From Acidimicrobiales bacterium (GTDB lineage: Bacteria; Actinomycetota; Acidimicrobiia; Acidimicrobiales; Aldehydirespiratoraceae): DNA of 64,000 nt. The DNA lies in contig OZ220727.1 in assembly GCA_965116865.1 (NCBI GenBank), positions 173,333 through 237,332 of the forward strand, written 5' to 3'. The notes beneath the pieces were generated by a model. It did not search any database and was not told the DNA's origin. It saw only the letters and a list, made by a program, of their open reading frames with translations. The position numbers and the translations under genes are program-made. Below, piece by piece: positions 17,532 through 26,928 of this stretch; the first letter of the stretch is position 1, and each line of letters starts with the position of its first letter.

Positions 17532-18192
17532 GCAGCTCCGGCGGCTCGACGAGCGCCGCACGTCGAACGCCGGAATCGCTGCGGCCATGTCCCAAGCCCC
17601 GGTTGACATCGCCGCCCATCTCGACATTCGGGGCCTCCCCCCTGAGCACACCTCGGTCGCGGCGGCAGGCACCTACTTGTCCGGCGCAGAAGTCCGGATC
17701 GGCAACCGCAGCAGCGGCGGGCAGCCCGGCTTCTGGCTGGCGACGCCTCTGCGGCTCGACGACGGGCGGGCGGTGGCGGTTGTCAGGGGCTGGGTCCCCC
17801 GGCGCAGCCTGGCCGGGCGCGACGATCGCGGAGCGGCTCCGCCGGCGGGGGAGGTGACGGTGGTCGGTGCAGCCTTCGACAGCGTCGGTGGCGGCCGGGT
17901 GGCAGAGACCGCCCCGGGTGACGTTCCCGAGATCTCCCGCATGGACCTGGACCGGTTCGAGGAGGTGTCCGGCGTCGACGTGGAGGACACGTGGATCAGG
18001 CTGCGGGCCCAGTCGCCGCCCCAGCCCGAAGGACTGCCCGAGCCGGTGCCGGATCCCGATCTGGGTCCGGGGCCCCACCTGTCGTACGCGTTCCAGTGGT
18101 TCTTCTTCTCCGCCGGCGCGGTGGTGGTGTACGGTTTGATCCTGCGCCGGGCAGCCGCAGGCCGTCCGGAGCCGGCCGACATTCGGATCTGA
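17446..18192 (+). CDS. SURF1-family (cytochrome oxidase assembly) membrane protein
   Basis: GTG start. N-terminal TM helix followed by GFWQLRRLDERR, and a C-terminal TM helix (HLSYAFQWFFFSAGAVVVY), typical of SURF1/Shy1. Confidence 0.8.
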   Translation: MRRLVSLGWVASHVFALAMVVLMVNLGFWQLRRLDERRTSNAGIAAAMSQAPVDIAAHLDIRGLPPEHTSVAAAGTYLSGAEVRIGNRSSGGQPGFWLATPLRLDDGRAVAVVRGWVPRRSLAGRDDRGAAPPAGEVTVVGAAFDSVGGGRVAETAPGDVPEISRMDLDRFEEVSGVDVEDTWIRLRAQSPPQPEGLPEPVPDPDLGPGPHLSYAFQWFFFSAGAVVVYGLILRRAAAGRPEPADIRI

Positions 18193-18289
18193 GGCGGTCG
18201 TTGCGCATTTCTCAGGCGTCCGGTTTCTTTGCCTGCCCCTGATGTTCCGCTGGAACCTGGCCGACGGTACCCGCAGCCCGGGCTGCGGC

Positions 18290-18732
18290 ATCACCGTCAC
18301 GGACGACGACGCCCCGCCTCCGCCGTCTCCGCACTGGGGGGAGTCGTGCCAGGAGGCGACGCGTGACCCTGCTCCGGCTGGTGGGCCCGCTTGTGGCCGC
18401 CGACCTGCTGTGCTCCCTCGCGATCCACGGCGAGGGCAGCCTGGCCGTGCCGGGTGGGCCCGCATGTGGCCGCCGACCTGCTGTGCTCCGGCCGGCGTGT
18501 CCCGAGCGAGGAGGCTGCGCATCTGGGCCTGGCTTACCGCCTTGTACCCTGTGACGAGGTCCGGTCCGCGGCGCACGCCCCAGCCCGCGAGACTGCCATG
18601 TCAGCGCCGCTTGCGGCGAGATCGATCCGGACCGCCATGGGTGGCGACCCGGACGACCAGGTGGAAGCGGCCGCGTTCCACGACCATCGGGAGCAGGATC
18701 GTCTCCAACACGCGGCGGACTTCGCCGAGTGA
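18290..18732 (+). pseudogene. enoyl-CoA hydratase/isomerase (crotonase) remnant, frameshifted and 5'-truncated
   Basis: Fragments GVVPGGDA / TLLRLVGPLVAADLLCS / ADLLCSGRRVPSEEAAHLGLAYRLVP...APLAARSIR lie in different frames. A 37-bp direct repeat (18381 and 18454) is inside. Only about 0.5 kb is available, against the ~0.8 kb expected. Confidence 0.5.
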
Positions 18733-18755
18733 GGCCTGCTACCCTGGGTGCTTCG

Positions 18756-18830
18756 GGGCCGTTAGCTCAGCCTGGTTAGAGCGCCTGCTCGACACGCAGG
18801 AGGTCAGAGGTTCAAATCCCCTACGGCCCA
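18756..18830 (+). tRNA. tRNA-Val (anticodon GAC)
   Basis: Manual cloverleaf: acceptor GGGCCGT/ACGGCCC, D arm GCTC-AGCCTGGTTA-GAGC, anticodon arm CCTGC-TCGACAC-GCAGG, T arm AGAGG-TTCAAAT-CCCCT, discriminator A. No encoded CCA. Confidence 0.8.
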
Positions 18831-18992
18831 CTCTGGGGTGTTCTTGATTTCGCGCCGCTCGCGTTCGCGGCATTGTTGAGCGATAAGCCTTCTTGGTGTC
18901 TCTTGCCCGGCGACAGCCTTGATCGACGCGAGTGAAAGCCGTCCGGGACGGGTTGGGACGGACGTGAGGGCTTCGCGGCCCGCGTTGGGGCG

Positions 18993-19030
18993 CGCTGAAG
19001 CTGACGGTGCTGAGACCGTCAGCTTCAGCG
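18993..19030. other. perfect 16-bp-stem hairpin
   Basis: CGCTGAAGCTGACGGT-GCTGAG-ACCGTCAGCTTCAGCG, 16 nt beyond the stop (19046) of the minus-strand transposase fragment. Confidence 0.6.
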
Positions 19031-19045
19031 CCTGCTCAGAGGGTT

Positions 19046-19492
19046 CTAGGGCGGCGGTCTTGGCGCGTCGCTGTCGCTGTTATCGGTCGCGCAATCAGGG
19101 GACATGTTGGTGTCGGGCTCGTCGTCGGGCGGGCTGGTGTCGTCTTGGGCGTTGCTGTCGCTCGAATTTTCGTTGTTGTTGGCGCTGCCGTCGTCTGTGT
19201 CGGGGTCGGACTTGGCCAGTTTGAGGTTGTGCGCGATGGCGGCAGCGAGCGCTGCGAGGGTGTGGGCGCCGAGGCCGCGTGCGCGGCACGCCTTGGGGTC
19301 CAGGCCTCCGTCAGCTTTGACCATGCCGTTGACGTTTTCGACTTGGAGCCTTCGCACGTAGGACGTCTTCCAGGCTCGGGTGCCCCAGGGGGTCGGTTGC
19401 CAATAGTCGAGCCTGTCAACGGGAATGGTCACCAGGCCCTTGCAGCACGCATCGTCGTCGTGAGTGACCGTCATCGAGGGTGCTGACTTGTT
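19046..19492 (-). pseudogene. DDE transposase C-terminal fragment (family uncertain), 5' part removed by ISL3-B insertion
   Basis: The C-terminal part of ORF 19046..19930 (...SYVRRLQVENVNGMVKADGGL...RARGLGAHTLAALAAAIAHNLKL) resembles the conserved Y..R..VE..F..K...RxRG...AxNL end of IS4/IS5-like transposases. Coding sense is lost at the ISL3-B end (19493). Confidence 0.4.
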
Positions 19493-20834
19493 GAGCCTTC
19501 GCGGATTCGTGGGGAGCGGGGTGGTTGAGGGTCCCTGGGTAGGGGTCGGGGCCCTGCTGGGATCGGTGATGTGCATGTCAGCGATCCAGGAGGGCCTCGA
19601 TGGCTTCGGATGTTGTGCGGGTGCGGCTGCACCTGCGCTAGGTCCGTGTGCTCGTGGTGGTGGTGGACACGCCGAGCGAGTTGGTTGTGGAGGTCGAGTC
19701 GGCTGTGAGGCGGCCGGGGTGCCCGGCGTGCGGGTTCTGTTGCGCTCGGGTGCATGACATCCGGCGTCGCGAGATCCGCGACCTGGAGGTGTCGGGACGT
19801 CACACGACGTTGGTGTGGATGCGGCGGCGGTTCTCGTGGGGCAACTGCGGCGAGCGTTTCTTGGAGGACCGCCCAGCCTTCGAGCGACGCCTGGCGCGGC
19901 GGCTGGTGGCCGACGCCGAGGTGATGACAATCAGCGCGGCGGCGCGCTGTCATGGGCTCGGCTGGCATCTGGTGGTGGCGCTGGTGGAGTCTTGGTCGGA
20001 TCTGGTGGCCGGGCACCGGCGCAGCCGCCGCTGGCGGGTGCTGTTGGTCGATGAGACCTCCATGCGCCGCCGGCACCGCTACGTGACCGTGATCGTCAAC
20101 GGCGACACCGGCCGCGCCCTGGCCATGGTCGAGCACCGCAGCGCGGCTGCGCTCAGCGGGTTCTTCGTCGCGCAGCGCCGGCGCTGGTGTCGAGGCGTCC
20201 AGGTCGTGGCCACGGACGGCTCCGGGGCTTGCAGGTCCGCCATCGACGCCCGCTTGGGCCATGCCCGCCACGTGCTGGAGCGGTTCCACGTCATCAGATG
20301 GTTCTCAGCGGGGCTCACCCAGGCGCGCCGCGACATCCAGCGACGCCGGCCACCCGGTGCCAAGCCCGTCTTCGAGCCCGAGGTGTTCAGAGCCAGATTC
20401 GCTCTGCTGCGCCGCGCCGACACCCTCACCGACGCCGACCGGGCCCGCCTCGAGGGCCTCTTCGACGCGCGCCCACGGCTCAGGTCGGGCTGGCAGGCCC
20501 TCCAGGAGCTCCACGGCCCCTACCTCGCCGGCGACCACCACAGCGCCCTCGAAACGCTCGGACGGTTCCGCGACCCCTACAAGACCGGACAGCTGCCCGA
20601 GCTCCACGACATCGTCGACACCATCATCGCCCGCTCCGACGAGATCCTCGCCCAACACCACACCGACCGAGCCCCCAACGGACGCATCGAGAGCACCAAC
20701 AACCCGCTGCAAGTCCTGCGGCGCACCGCCCACGGCTTCACCAACCCCACCAACTTCGAGGCCCTAGGCCTGCTGACAACGCGACCAGCCCACCGGTGCC
20801 AGCAACCCCTCATCCCACGTTTACGCGAAGGGCC
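19493..20834 (+). mobile_element. ISL3-family IS, type B, copy 1
   Basis: Ends GAGCCTTCGCGGATTCGTGGGGAGCGGGG and (rc) GGCCCTTCGCGTAAACGTGGGATGAGGGG are inverted repeats. About 1.34 kb. Confidence 0.8.
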
Positions 20835-20844
20835 CACAACCTGA
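19600..20844 (+). pseudogene. ISL3-B transposase with an early in-frame TAG (19639-19641)
   Basis: ATG 19600 (MASDVVRVRLHLR*), then the same frame continues as ORF 19648..20844. zf-ISL3 motif CPACGF. The native TGA is mutated (ACAACGCGACC versus ACAACGTGACC in copy 3), so the frame reads through the IR. Confidence 0.65.
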
Positions 20845-20875
20845 GGGATCGTGTGTGGATGTGTATGCGGCGCGT

Positions 20876-22021
20876 TCACGTCAGGAGCCAGTCGCGGTAT
20901 CCCGGCACGTCGTAGCGAGCTTTGGCGAGCAACTGTTCCGTCTCTCGGATGAGTTCCTCGCGCAGGCGCGAATCACCCTGCAAGATGTCATCGACATTAC
21001 GGCGCTTGGCCGAGCGCTTCAGGATGTGTCTGGCGATAGCGCACTCATCTAGCGGCGTCGGAGCGGCTGGCGCGAGGGCGTCGGGTGACGCGGCGATGAT
21101 CGGCTCGAAGCGAAGGGCGAGCGACACAAGGTCCTCGCACGTCGACATGGGTTCTATCCGGTATGCGTGTGTGCTGGCGAGGTTTACGCGACTGGGACGT
21201 TGGGCCTGCACTAGTGCGGACAGCCATTTGCCAATGGCAACGATCATGAGGTTGAGGAGTTCGGTCTCGCTGCAAGCTGTCGGGTCTACGGTCGCTGCGT
21301 CTAGGTTCAAGTGCTGGTGGCACGCTTCTGTGAAGCCTTCGCAGTTCGTGACGTTGCTGCGGAAGAGAGTGAGCAATTGTTGTTCGGCATCCGCATCGAA
21401 CATCCCTCGTCCTATTCTCGTGCTCACTAGCAAGAGCCACGGCTCGGGGTTATGGGTTTGAAGTGCCACTAACTGCGCGAGCGCGCCGTAGATCGCTCCA
21501 TCGTTGTGCGGCGGGTCCGACGCGAGCCCGTCACAGAGATCGATGTTGACGACATCGAAGGGGCCGAGGGATCGAGCTCGTGCCCATGCGATCGATGCCT
21601 CATCGCCGATACGGCGGAAGTCGTCATGGAGCACTTCGGACTGCGGGTCGACGTTGGACAGACGACGCACCTCATCGAGTGAGAGACTCAGATCGACGTG
21701 GGCGGGACTGCCCGGCTGTGCTTCGGTGCTGAAGCCGAGGAATCGGAGCGTGCGTCCCTCAGCACGACAGAGCTTCTCATGGAGGTACCGGAGATCGAGC
21801 AGGTCTGTTCCTGGCAAGCCCAAGTATCGCAGAGGCTCGTCTGGTTGCCGTCGCTGGTAGAGGTGTCGCAGTAGGGCCAGTAGCTGCTTGCACCGGACGA
21901 ACTGCTTGCGCGGCTTGTGCCACGGCTTGAAGGTCTTCGGCGCAGCCGGAGTGGGTCGGTACTCGACTTCGCCGAAGATTTCCGCGGCGAGATCATCCTC
22001 ATCAGCCGATTGGAAGCTCAC
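20876..22021 (-). CDS. hypothetical protein, Rossmann methyltransferase-like fold without a catalytic (D/N)PPY motif; partner of the GHKL ATPase
   Basis: 381-aa ORF. Its GTG start overlaps the ATPase stop (GTGA). Strand/helix pattern: LRYLGLPGTD...LRFLGFSTE...FDVVNIDLCDG...WLLLVST. N-terminal basic motif KPWHKPRKQFVR. No family recognised. Confidence 0.7.
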   Translation of the reverse strand: MSFQSADEDDLAAEIFGEVEYRPTPAAPKTFKPWHKPRKQFVRCKQLLALLRHLYQRRQPDEPLRYLGLPGTDLLDLRYLHEKLCRAEGRTLRFLGFSTEAQPGSPAHVDLSLSLDEVRRLSNVDPQSEVLHDDFRRIGDEASIAWARARSLGPFDVVNIDLCDGLASDPPHNDGAIYGALAQLVALQTHNPEPWLLLVSTRIGRGMFDADAEQQLLTLFRSNVTNCEGFTEACHQHLNLDAATVDPTACSETELLNLMIVAIGKWLSALVQAQRPSRVNLASTHAYRIEPMSTCEDLVSLALRFEPIIAASPDALAPAAPTPLDECAIARHILKRSAKRRNVDDILQGDSRLREELIRETEQLLAKARYDVPGYRDWLLT

Positions 22022-24072
22022 TGCTCGGAGGCCTCAAGGATCTTGCGCAGTCCTGCAAGAAGGCGCTCCTGCTGCTGCTTGGTGAGGTTCTCGAGGATGC
22101 CGTACGCTGCGAGGAGCTGGACGATCGCTCGGAGCTTTCGTTCCGTGGACTGGTCCTGGCGTGTTCTCTGTCGGCTTCGCTGACCGAAGACCGGTTCGCG
22201 CCGGAATCGGTACGCTCCGGACTCGACAGACATCGGCTCTTCGGCCGAGTCGTCGAAGTCAACCGGAGGCGGCTTCGATCCCGGGTCGTCAGACTCGACC
22301 TGCCACGCGGTAGCCGCGACGTTCGACAGAACCTCCTCCTCCTCTTCTGCGGCGGCTTGCCGAGTTTCCTTACGAATTTCAGCCGCTATCCGCTTCTGGG
22401 CTGTCGCGACGCGTCTCAGGGACGCGTGCAGCCATTTCGTGATGTACACCACATGCGGGTGGGCGTAGTTGAATGACTCGCGATCGATGTTCAGCGCCGC
22501 TTCCAAGCCCTCAGAAACGAAGATCTCACACGAGATCTGTCTGAGCCTCGTCTGCTCGGATACCTGATATCGCATGAACGTCGGGTCGAACAGCGTCCCG
22601 CTCGATCCGTGTACCCGCACGAGAACGCCTTGATGCTCCGTAGGGGCGATCTTCGGTGCCCATAGGAGATACATCTCGAACTCGAGTGGCCCGCCGGTGA
22701 ACTCGCGTGGAATTCCGTCGAACTCCTCACGGCACCGCCCGACAAACAGGATCGGCTTCTTGACGGCGTGGCTCGTCGACGGAAGGTCGGCGAATACGAG
22801 TGGACGAGCGAGCTGCAAGTCGTCGATCAGCACGGTGAAGTCGCTCCCAACGTGGGCTGCGGAGCCGATCGACCTGCTCCCCCGGACTGTTGCGTCACCG
22901 GTGAGTTGGAACTTCTTCGGTGCTGCTTTGCGGGACTTCGGCATCTCGAAGAGATACACACTGTCCTGGAGCGATAGGTCGAAGGGGCTGCCGACGACGT
23001 ATGGAGCTGGTATGGCCAAGCTGAGTTGCCACACCATCCGCAGGTAGTAATCGAAGATGCGTTCAAGCTGCGGGTTGGGTATGCCGTGCTCCAACTGCTT
23101 CCACACTGCCCTGACCAGCTTCTCGAAGGCGGCCCTAGGTTCATCCTCCCGGGTCCACGGGAGGCTGTTGTAGACACCACCGGCATCGCTCTGGAGAACG
23201 TCGGAGTCATCCCGCTGCACGCGGTCATCCCGCTGCACGCGACCTATGTGGAATTCGGGCGGGCTGAGGTCTCTCGCTTCCTCGGGCGCTAGCTCTCGGT
23301 CGGAATCGATGGCGGCCCACAGATCGCGGCTCTGGAGCGTGTCTTGAGTCTGAGGCCTGATGTCGGTCAGGATGATCGAGGTGCCGTGCGACCATGCGTC
23401 GAGGGCTGGCTCTCGCCAGATCTCCACGCGTCCCGCCTCGTACTCACCCTGCTCGTCAGGTGGAAGTACGTTGTCATCGTGCGGCGGCCCTCCGTTATCG
23501 GAGTATTGACGTAGCACGACCGAAGCGACCGTTCGGCAGGGGTCGGCGGCAGTCTTAGTGATGATCTGGAAGCGGTGGGTCAGCTGCGCGACCGAGAAGA
23601 GACCGATCCCGATCTTGCCGATGAGCCGGCGCCCTGACGGGCTGCGAGTGGGGTCCGCGCTGTCCGTGATGCCGAGGTCTGCCCCTTCGTGGGACCGCTT
23701 GGCGCTGCCGCCGATGTGATGGAGAAGGTACGCGAGGGCCTTCGGCGTCATCCCTATTCCGTCGTCCTCGACCGTCAGCGTTTGGAACCGAGGTCGATCG
23801 GTCTTAATGACCACCCGTGCAGCATCGGCGTCGTAGGCATTGGAGACGAGTTCTCTGATCGCCGAGCCCGGCTGCCTGTAGATTCCGTCGGTGACCCTGG
23901 CGAGCACCCGTTCGTCTGTCTTGAGGACGGTGCTGACGGGGGATTCGCTGGAGCTGTCCTCGATACTGGCGGCAAGCTTGGCGTCGGCGCTGTCTTGCCC
24001 GCGCGGGACGTTCACGGCTGCTCCGATGTGCAAGCAGGGAGGGGCTCTCGCTGTAGTGGCGTTGGGGTCCAC
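22018..24072 (-). CDS. Hsp90-like GHKL (Bergerat-fold) ATPase
   Basis: 684 aa. GTG start with GAGGAGG 7 nt upstream. N-box IRELVSNAYDA, G1 box DDGIGM, G2 box GKIGIGLFS. ALNIDRESF resembles the Hsp90 middle-domain LNISRE loop. No nuclease motif seen. Confidence 0.8.
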   Translation of the reverse strand: MDPNATTARAPPCLHIGAAVNVPRGQDSADAKLAASIEDSSSESPVSTVLKTDERVLARVTDGIYRQPGSAIRELVSNAYDADAARVVIKTDRPRFQTLTVEDDGIGMTPKALAYLLHHIGGSAKRSHEGADLGITDSADPTRSPSGRRLIGKIGIGLFSVAQLTHRFQIITKTAADPCRTVASVVLRQYSDNGGPPHDDNVLPPDEQGEYEAGRVEIWREPALDAWSHGTSIILTDIRPQTQDTLQSRDLWAAIDSDRELAPEEARDLSPPEFHIGRVQRDDRVQRDDSDVLQSDAGGVYNSLPWTREDEPRAAFEKLVRAVWKQLEHGIPNPQLERIFDYYLRMVWQLSLAIPAPYVVGSPFDLSLQDSVYLFEMPKSRKAAPKKFQLTGDATVRGSRSIGSAAHVGSDFTVLIDDLQLARPLVFADLPSTSHAVKKPILFVGRCREEFDGIPREFTGGPLEFEMYLLWAPKIAPTEHQGVLVRVHGSSGTLFDPTFMRYQVSEQTRLRQISCEIFVSEGLEAALNIDRESFNYAHPHVVYITKWLHASLRRVATAQKRIAAEIRKETRQAAAEEEEEVLSNVAATAWQVESDDPGSKPPPVDFDDSAEEPMSVESGAYRFRREPVFGQRSRQRTRQDQSTERKLRAIVQLLAAYGILENLTKQQQERLLAGLRKILEASEQ

Positions 24073-24260
24073 ATGGCAACCTCCTCGCAGTGACGGGCTT
24101 CTAGTCCGTCATGTCTCCCGGCGGCAAGCCGAACCGTCCCAGTGTGGTCGTTGCGGGCGACGCCGTGACAGCGATTCCGGCCGAGACGGCCTGCGGCAGA
24201 GCCCCACGCCGAGGGATTGAATCCAGCGGGCCTGGCGGCCCCGGGGAAGCCGTCGCATCT

Positions 24261-25802
24261 TCAGGCCGCTCGTCGCCGCGACGGCTCGGCGACGGACGAG
24301 TCCGAGGCCTCCAGCGACGCCCGCAAAGCCTCCGCAACCGCGTGCGCGAGTGCGGGCGGCACCGCATTCGCTACCTGCAGCGGTTGGCTCGCCCTTGGCC
24401 CGGAGAAGAAGTAGCTGTCAGGGAAGCCCTGGATCCGCGCAGCCTCCCGCACGGTGATCGCCCGGTTCTCGATCGGATGCACAGGCAAGGCCCGATGACC
24501 GGCTACGAGAGTGCGCGCGACATCGTCATTGAGTCGCCGGTAGGAGATCGGGCCACCGCCCTGAGGGATCGCCGCGATCTTCGCCATGACCCTCGGCGAG
24601 TGATTCATGGCGGTCGAGTTCAGGACGACGCGTCCGTCGGGGAGATGGAGCCGCTCCGCCCCCTCACCGGGGCTTAGATCCGGAAGATCCCGGAGTCGTT
24701 CGAGCAACGATGCTGTCCGAGGCAGGGGACGGTCGGGGGAGGCATCGCCCGGCGGGGAGTGGGTCGGAGTTGGTGCGGCGGGCAGGTCGATGCCGGGGCC
24801 CACGCCCACGAAGAACAGCCGTCTTCGATTCTGGGGTACCCCGAAGTCAGAAGCACGCAGCGTGGCAGGCTGCTCCCAGGTCGCATAGCCCGCCTTGCGC
24901 AGAGATGCGGTGATGCGCTCCGTGTAGCTGACCCCGTTCACGCGGCGGACGCCCGGGACGTTCTCGATCATGACGGACCGTGCCCAGAGTTCTTTCGCGA
25001 GCCGACTCACGTGACGGAACAGCAGGTTGCGCTCGTCACCGATCGTCCGGGCGCCAGCGGCGGAGTACCCCTGGCAGGGAGGGCCGGCGATAACGGCCGC
25101 CGGCGCGTCCAAGCCCGGCAGCCATGACCGCAGCGCGTCTCCATCCACCTCCTCGACGGAAGCCTCCAGGACGGGCACTCCCGGATGGTTCAGGCGGTAT
25201 GTCTGCGCAGCATGCCGTTCGATCTCGACAGCGGCCGCGATGCGGAAGCCAGCCTGCGCGAAACCCAGCCCCATCGCACCGGCACCGCCGAACAGATCTA
25301 CAACCGCCGCATTGTCGGCGGCGTTGGCGACCTTGGAGCGGCCCGTCTCGCAGAACGACACCAGCGAGCAACTCCCGCATCTCGGAGCCACCTCAGCGCA
25401 CACCGCCCGCCCGTGACTCACCAGATTCGCATGCAGCCGGGCCCGCACGGGCTTGGGGACAGCGGCCCCGAGCGCGTCGTGATCCGGCCTCTTCGGCTGG
25501 CCGTCGACGATGCCGAGTCGCCCAAGAATGCGGTACACATGCTTGTTGTCCGCTGGGCGGTTCCCTTCGTCCGACAAGGTGCCATGCTCGCTGGTCCAGT
25601 ACTGCGCTTCGAGGATCTCATCCACTCGTTGGAGCAATGCACCAGCTGCGGGTGCCACGCAGGCGGTCACGAGGATCCCAGCTTCATCGGACGGATGGCG
25701 AACACGCCTGAAGGACGTCGGAATGCGAGCCACCGTCGAATCTGTGCAACATGCCGACGGCCAAGAACTTGAGCTGTTCAGACATCCAGCACCTCCGACC
25801 AC
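24261..25802 (-). CDS. DNA (cytosine-5) methyltransferase with an N-terminal EndoIII/MIG-like iron-sulfur (HhH-GPD C-terminal) domain
   Basis: C5-MTase motifs DLFGGAGAMGLG (I), GPPCQGYS (IV), ENVPG (VI), QNRRRLFFVG (VIII), ANAVPP (X). The N-terminal ~165 aa carry ADNKHVYRILGRLG and HGRAVCAEVAPRCGSCSLVSFC (a Cx6Cx2Cx5C cluster loop, as in endonuclease III). Confidence 0.85.
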   Translation of the reverse strand: MVGGAGCLNSSSSWPSACCTDSTVARIPTSFRRVRHPSDEAGILVTACVAPAAGALLQRVDEILEAQYWTSEHGTLSDEGNRPADNKHVYRILGRLGIVDGQPKRPDHDALGAAVPKPVRARLHANLVSHGRAVCAEVAPRCGSCSLVSFCETGRSKVANAADNAAVVDLFGGAGAMGLGFAQAGFRIAAAVEIERHAAQTYRLNHPGVPVLEASVEEVDGDALRSWLPGLDAPAAVIAGPPCQGYSAAGARTIGDERNLLFRHVSRLAKELWARSVMIENVPGVRRVNGVSYTERITASLRKAGYATWEQPATLRASDFGVPQNRRRLFFVGVGPGIDLPAAPTPTHSPPGDASPDRPLPRTASLLERLRDLPDLSPGEGAERLHLPDGRVVLNSTAMNHSPRVMAKIAAIPQGGGPISYRRLNDDVARTLVAGHRALPVHPIENRAITVREAARIQGFPDSYFFSGPRASQPLQVANAVPPALAHAVAEALRASLEASDSSVAEPSRRRAA

Positions 25803-25842
25803 GACTCGCCATCACACTACTTTCTGTTCCAAGCTAGCGAGA

Positions 25843-26909
25843 CCCTGGGCGCCCTCCACCGGTGGATGCGACAGATCGGCCATGATGGCCGGTTGTCCAG
25901 TCAACATCCGAACCGGTGGAGGTCCACAGTGTGGCGCAGCGGTTCAGCTCCGACGAGCGCGCCCGGATCGAGGCGATGCGCGCCGCGGGCGCGAGTGTCG
26001 ACGACACAGCGAGACGTCTTGGCAGGCACCGCTCGACGGTGTACCGAGAGCTCGAACGCGGCGGCGGCGTCTACGACGCCGAGGCGGCGCAGACGGCCGC
26101 TGAGGCCCGGGCGGCGCGCCCCAAGACGCCTGCGCTCGCGGCCGACGCCGGCCTGGCCGCCGCGGTGAGCGAGCGCCTGGCTATGCGCTGGTCCCCGCAC
26201 GCGATCCGCGCGGACCTGCGCGCCCAAAGGCGCCGGATCAGCGCGGAGACGATCCACGCGGCCTGCTATGACCACACCGGCCGACGCGGGCTGCCCGAGG
26301 AGTCCCGGAGGCTCCCGCCGCGCCGCTGGCGAAGACGCAAGCCCCGCAGCCGCGCGACGCGAAAGCCCAGCCCGCTGGGCGATTCCAAGCCCGTAGCGGC
26401 GCGCACCGCGGCCGTCGAGGACCGCCGCGAAGCCGGCCACTGCGAGGGCGATCTGATCATCGGTGAGGCCAACCGCTCAGCGGTCGCGACGCTGACCGAG
26501 CGCGCCGGCCGCCACACCCTTGCCGTCGCGCTGCCCGACAGCTACGACGCCGCCAGCACCGCGGCCGCGGCCATCGCCGCTCCCGCCCGCCAACCGGCGC
26601 ACCCGGCCAAGACCCCGACCTGGGACCAGGACCGAGAGACGGCCCGCTGGGCCGACACCGAGCAAGCGCTCGGAGCCGAGGCCTACTTCTGTGACCCGCA
26701 CCCGCCGTGGCAGCGCGGAACCAACGAGCACACCAACGGCCTGCTGCGACGCCGGCTGCCCAACAGCACCGACCTCGACATCGGCCAAGCCCGCCTCGCC
26801 GTCATCGAGGACAACCTCAACTCGATGCCCCGCAAGCTCCACGACTGGGACTCACCCTACGCCGTGTACACTGCCCTCTGTCGCAACGACCGGTAGAGTT
26901 CGCCCTGTG
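25843..26909 (+). mobile_element. IS30-family IS inserted between dcm and vsr
   Basis: About 32-bp imperfect inverted repeats: CCCTGGGCGCCCTCCACCGGTGGATGCGACAG (25843-25874) versus rc of 26878-26909 (CACAGGGCGAACTCTACCGGTCGTTGCGACAG). Confidence 0.7.
25916..26896 (+). CDS. IS30-family transposase
   Basis: 326 aa. N-terminal HTH (RLGRHRSTVYREL) and a DDE region (HCEGDLI...WQRGTNEHTNGLLRR), characteristic of IS30. Confidence 0.85.
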   Translation: MEVHSVAQRFSSDERARIEAMRAAGASVDDTARRLGRHRSTVYRELERGGGVYDAEAAQTAAEARAARPKTPALAADAGLAAAVSERLAMRWSPHAIRADLRAQRRRISAETIHAACYDHTGRRGLPEESRRLPPRRWRRRKPRSRATRKPSPLGDSKPVAARTAAVEDRREAGHCEGDLIIGEANRSAVATLTERAGRHTLAVALPDSYDAASTAAAAIAAPARQPAHPAKTPTWDQDRETARWADTEQALGAEAYFCDPHPPWQRGTNEHTNGLLRRRLPNSTDLDIGQARLAVIEDNLNSMPRKLHDWDSPYAVYTALCRNDR

Positions 26910-26928
26910 ACGCCCTGAACACCTCCCT

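Noticed and set aside
16606-18576. 656-aa minus-strand ORF across dapB, the 111-bp array and SURF1
   Set aside because: Antisense to conserved genes. Much of it is the tandem repeat translated as reiterated peptides.
18784-18800. Alternative reading of the tRNA anticodon loop as a 9-nt loop with U33 and anticodon CGA (Ser)
   Set aside because: It requires opening the C-G closing pair. The molecule also lacks the long variable arm of bacterial tRNA-Ser. Val(GAC) with C33 is the simpler fold.
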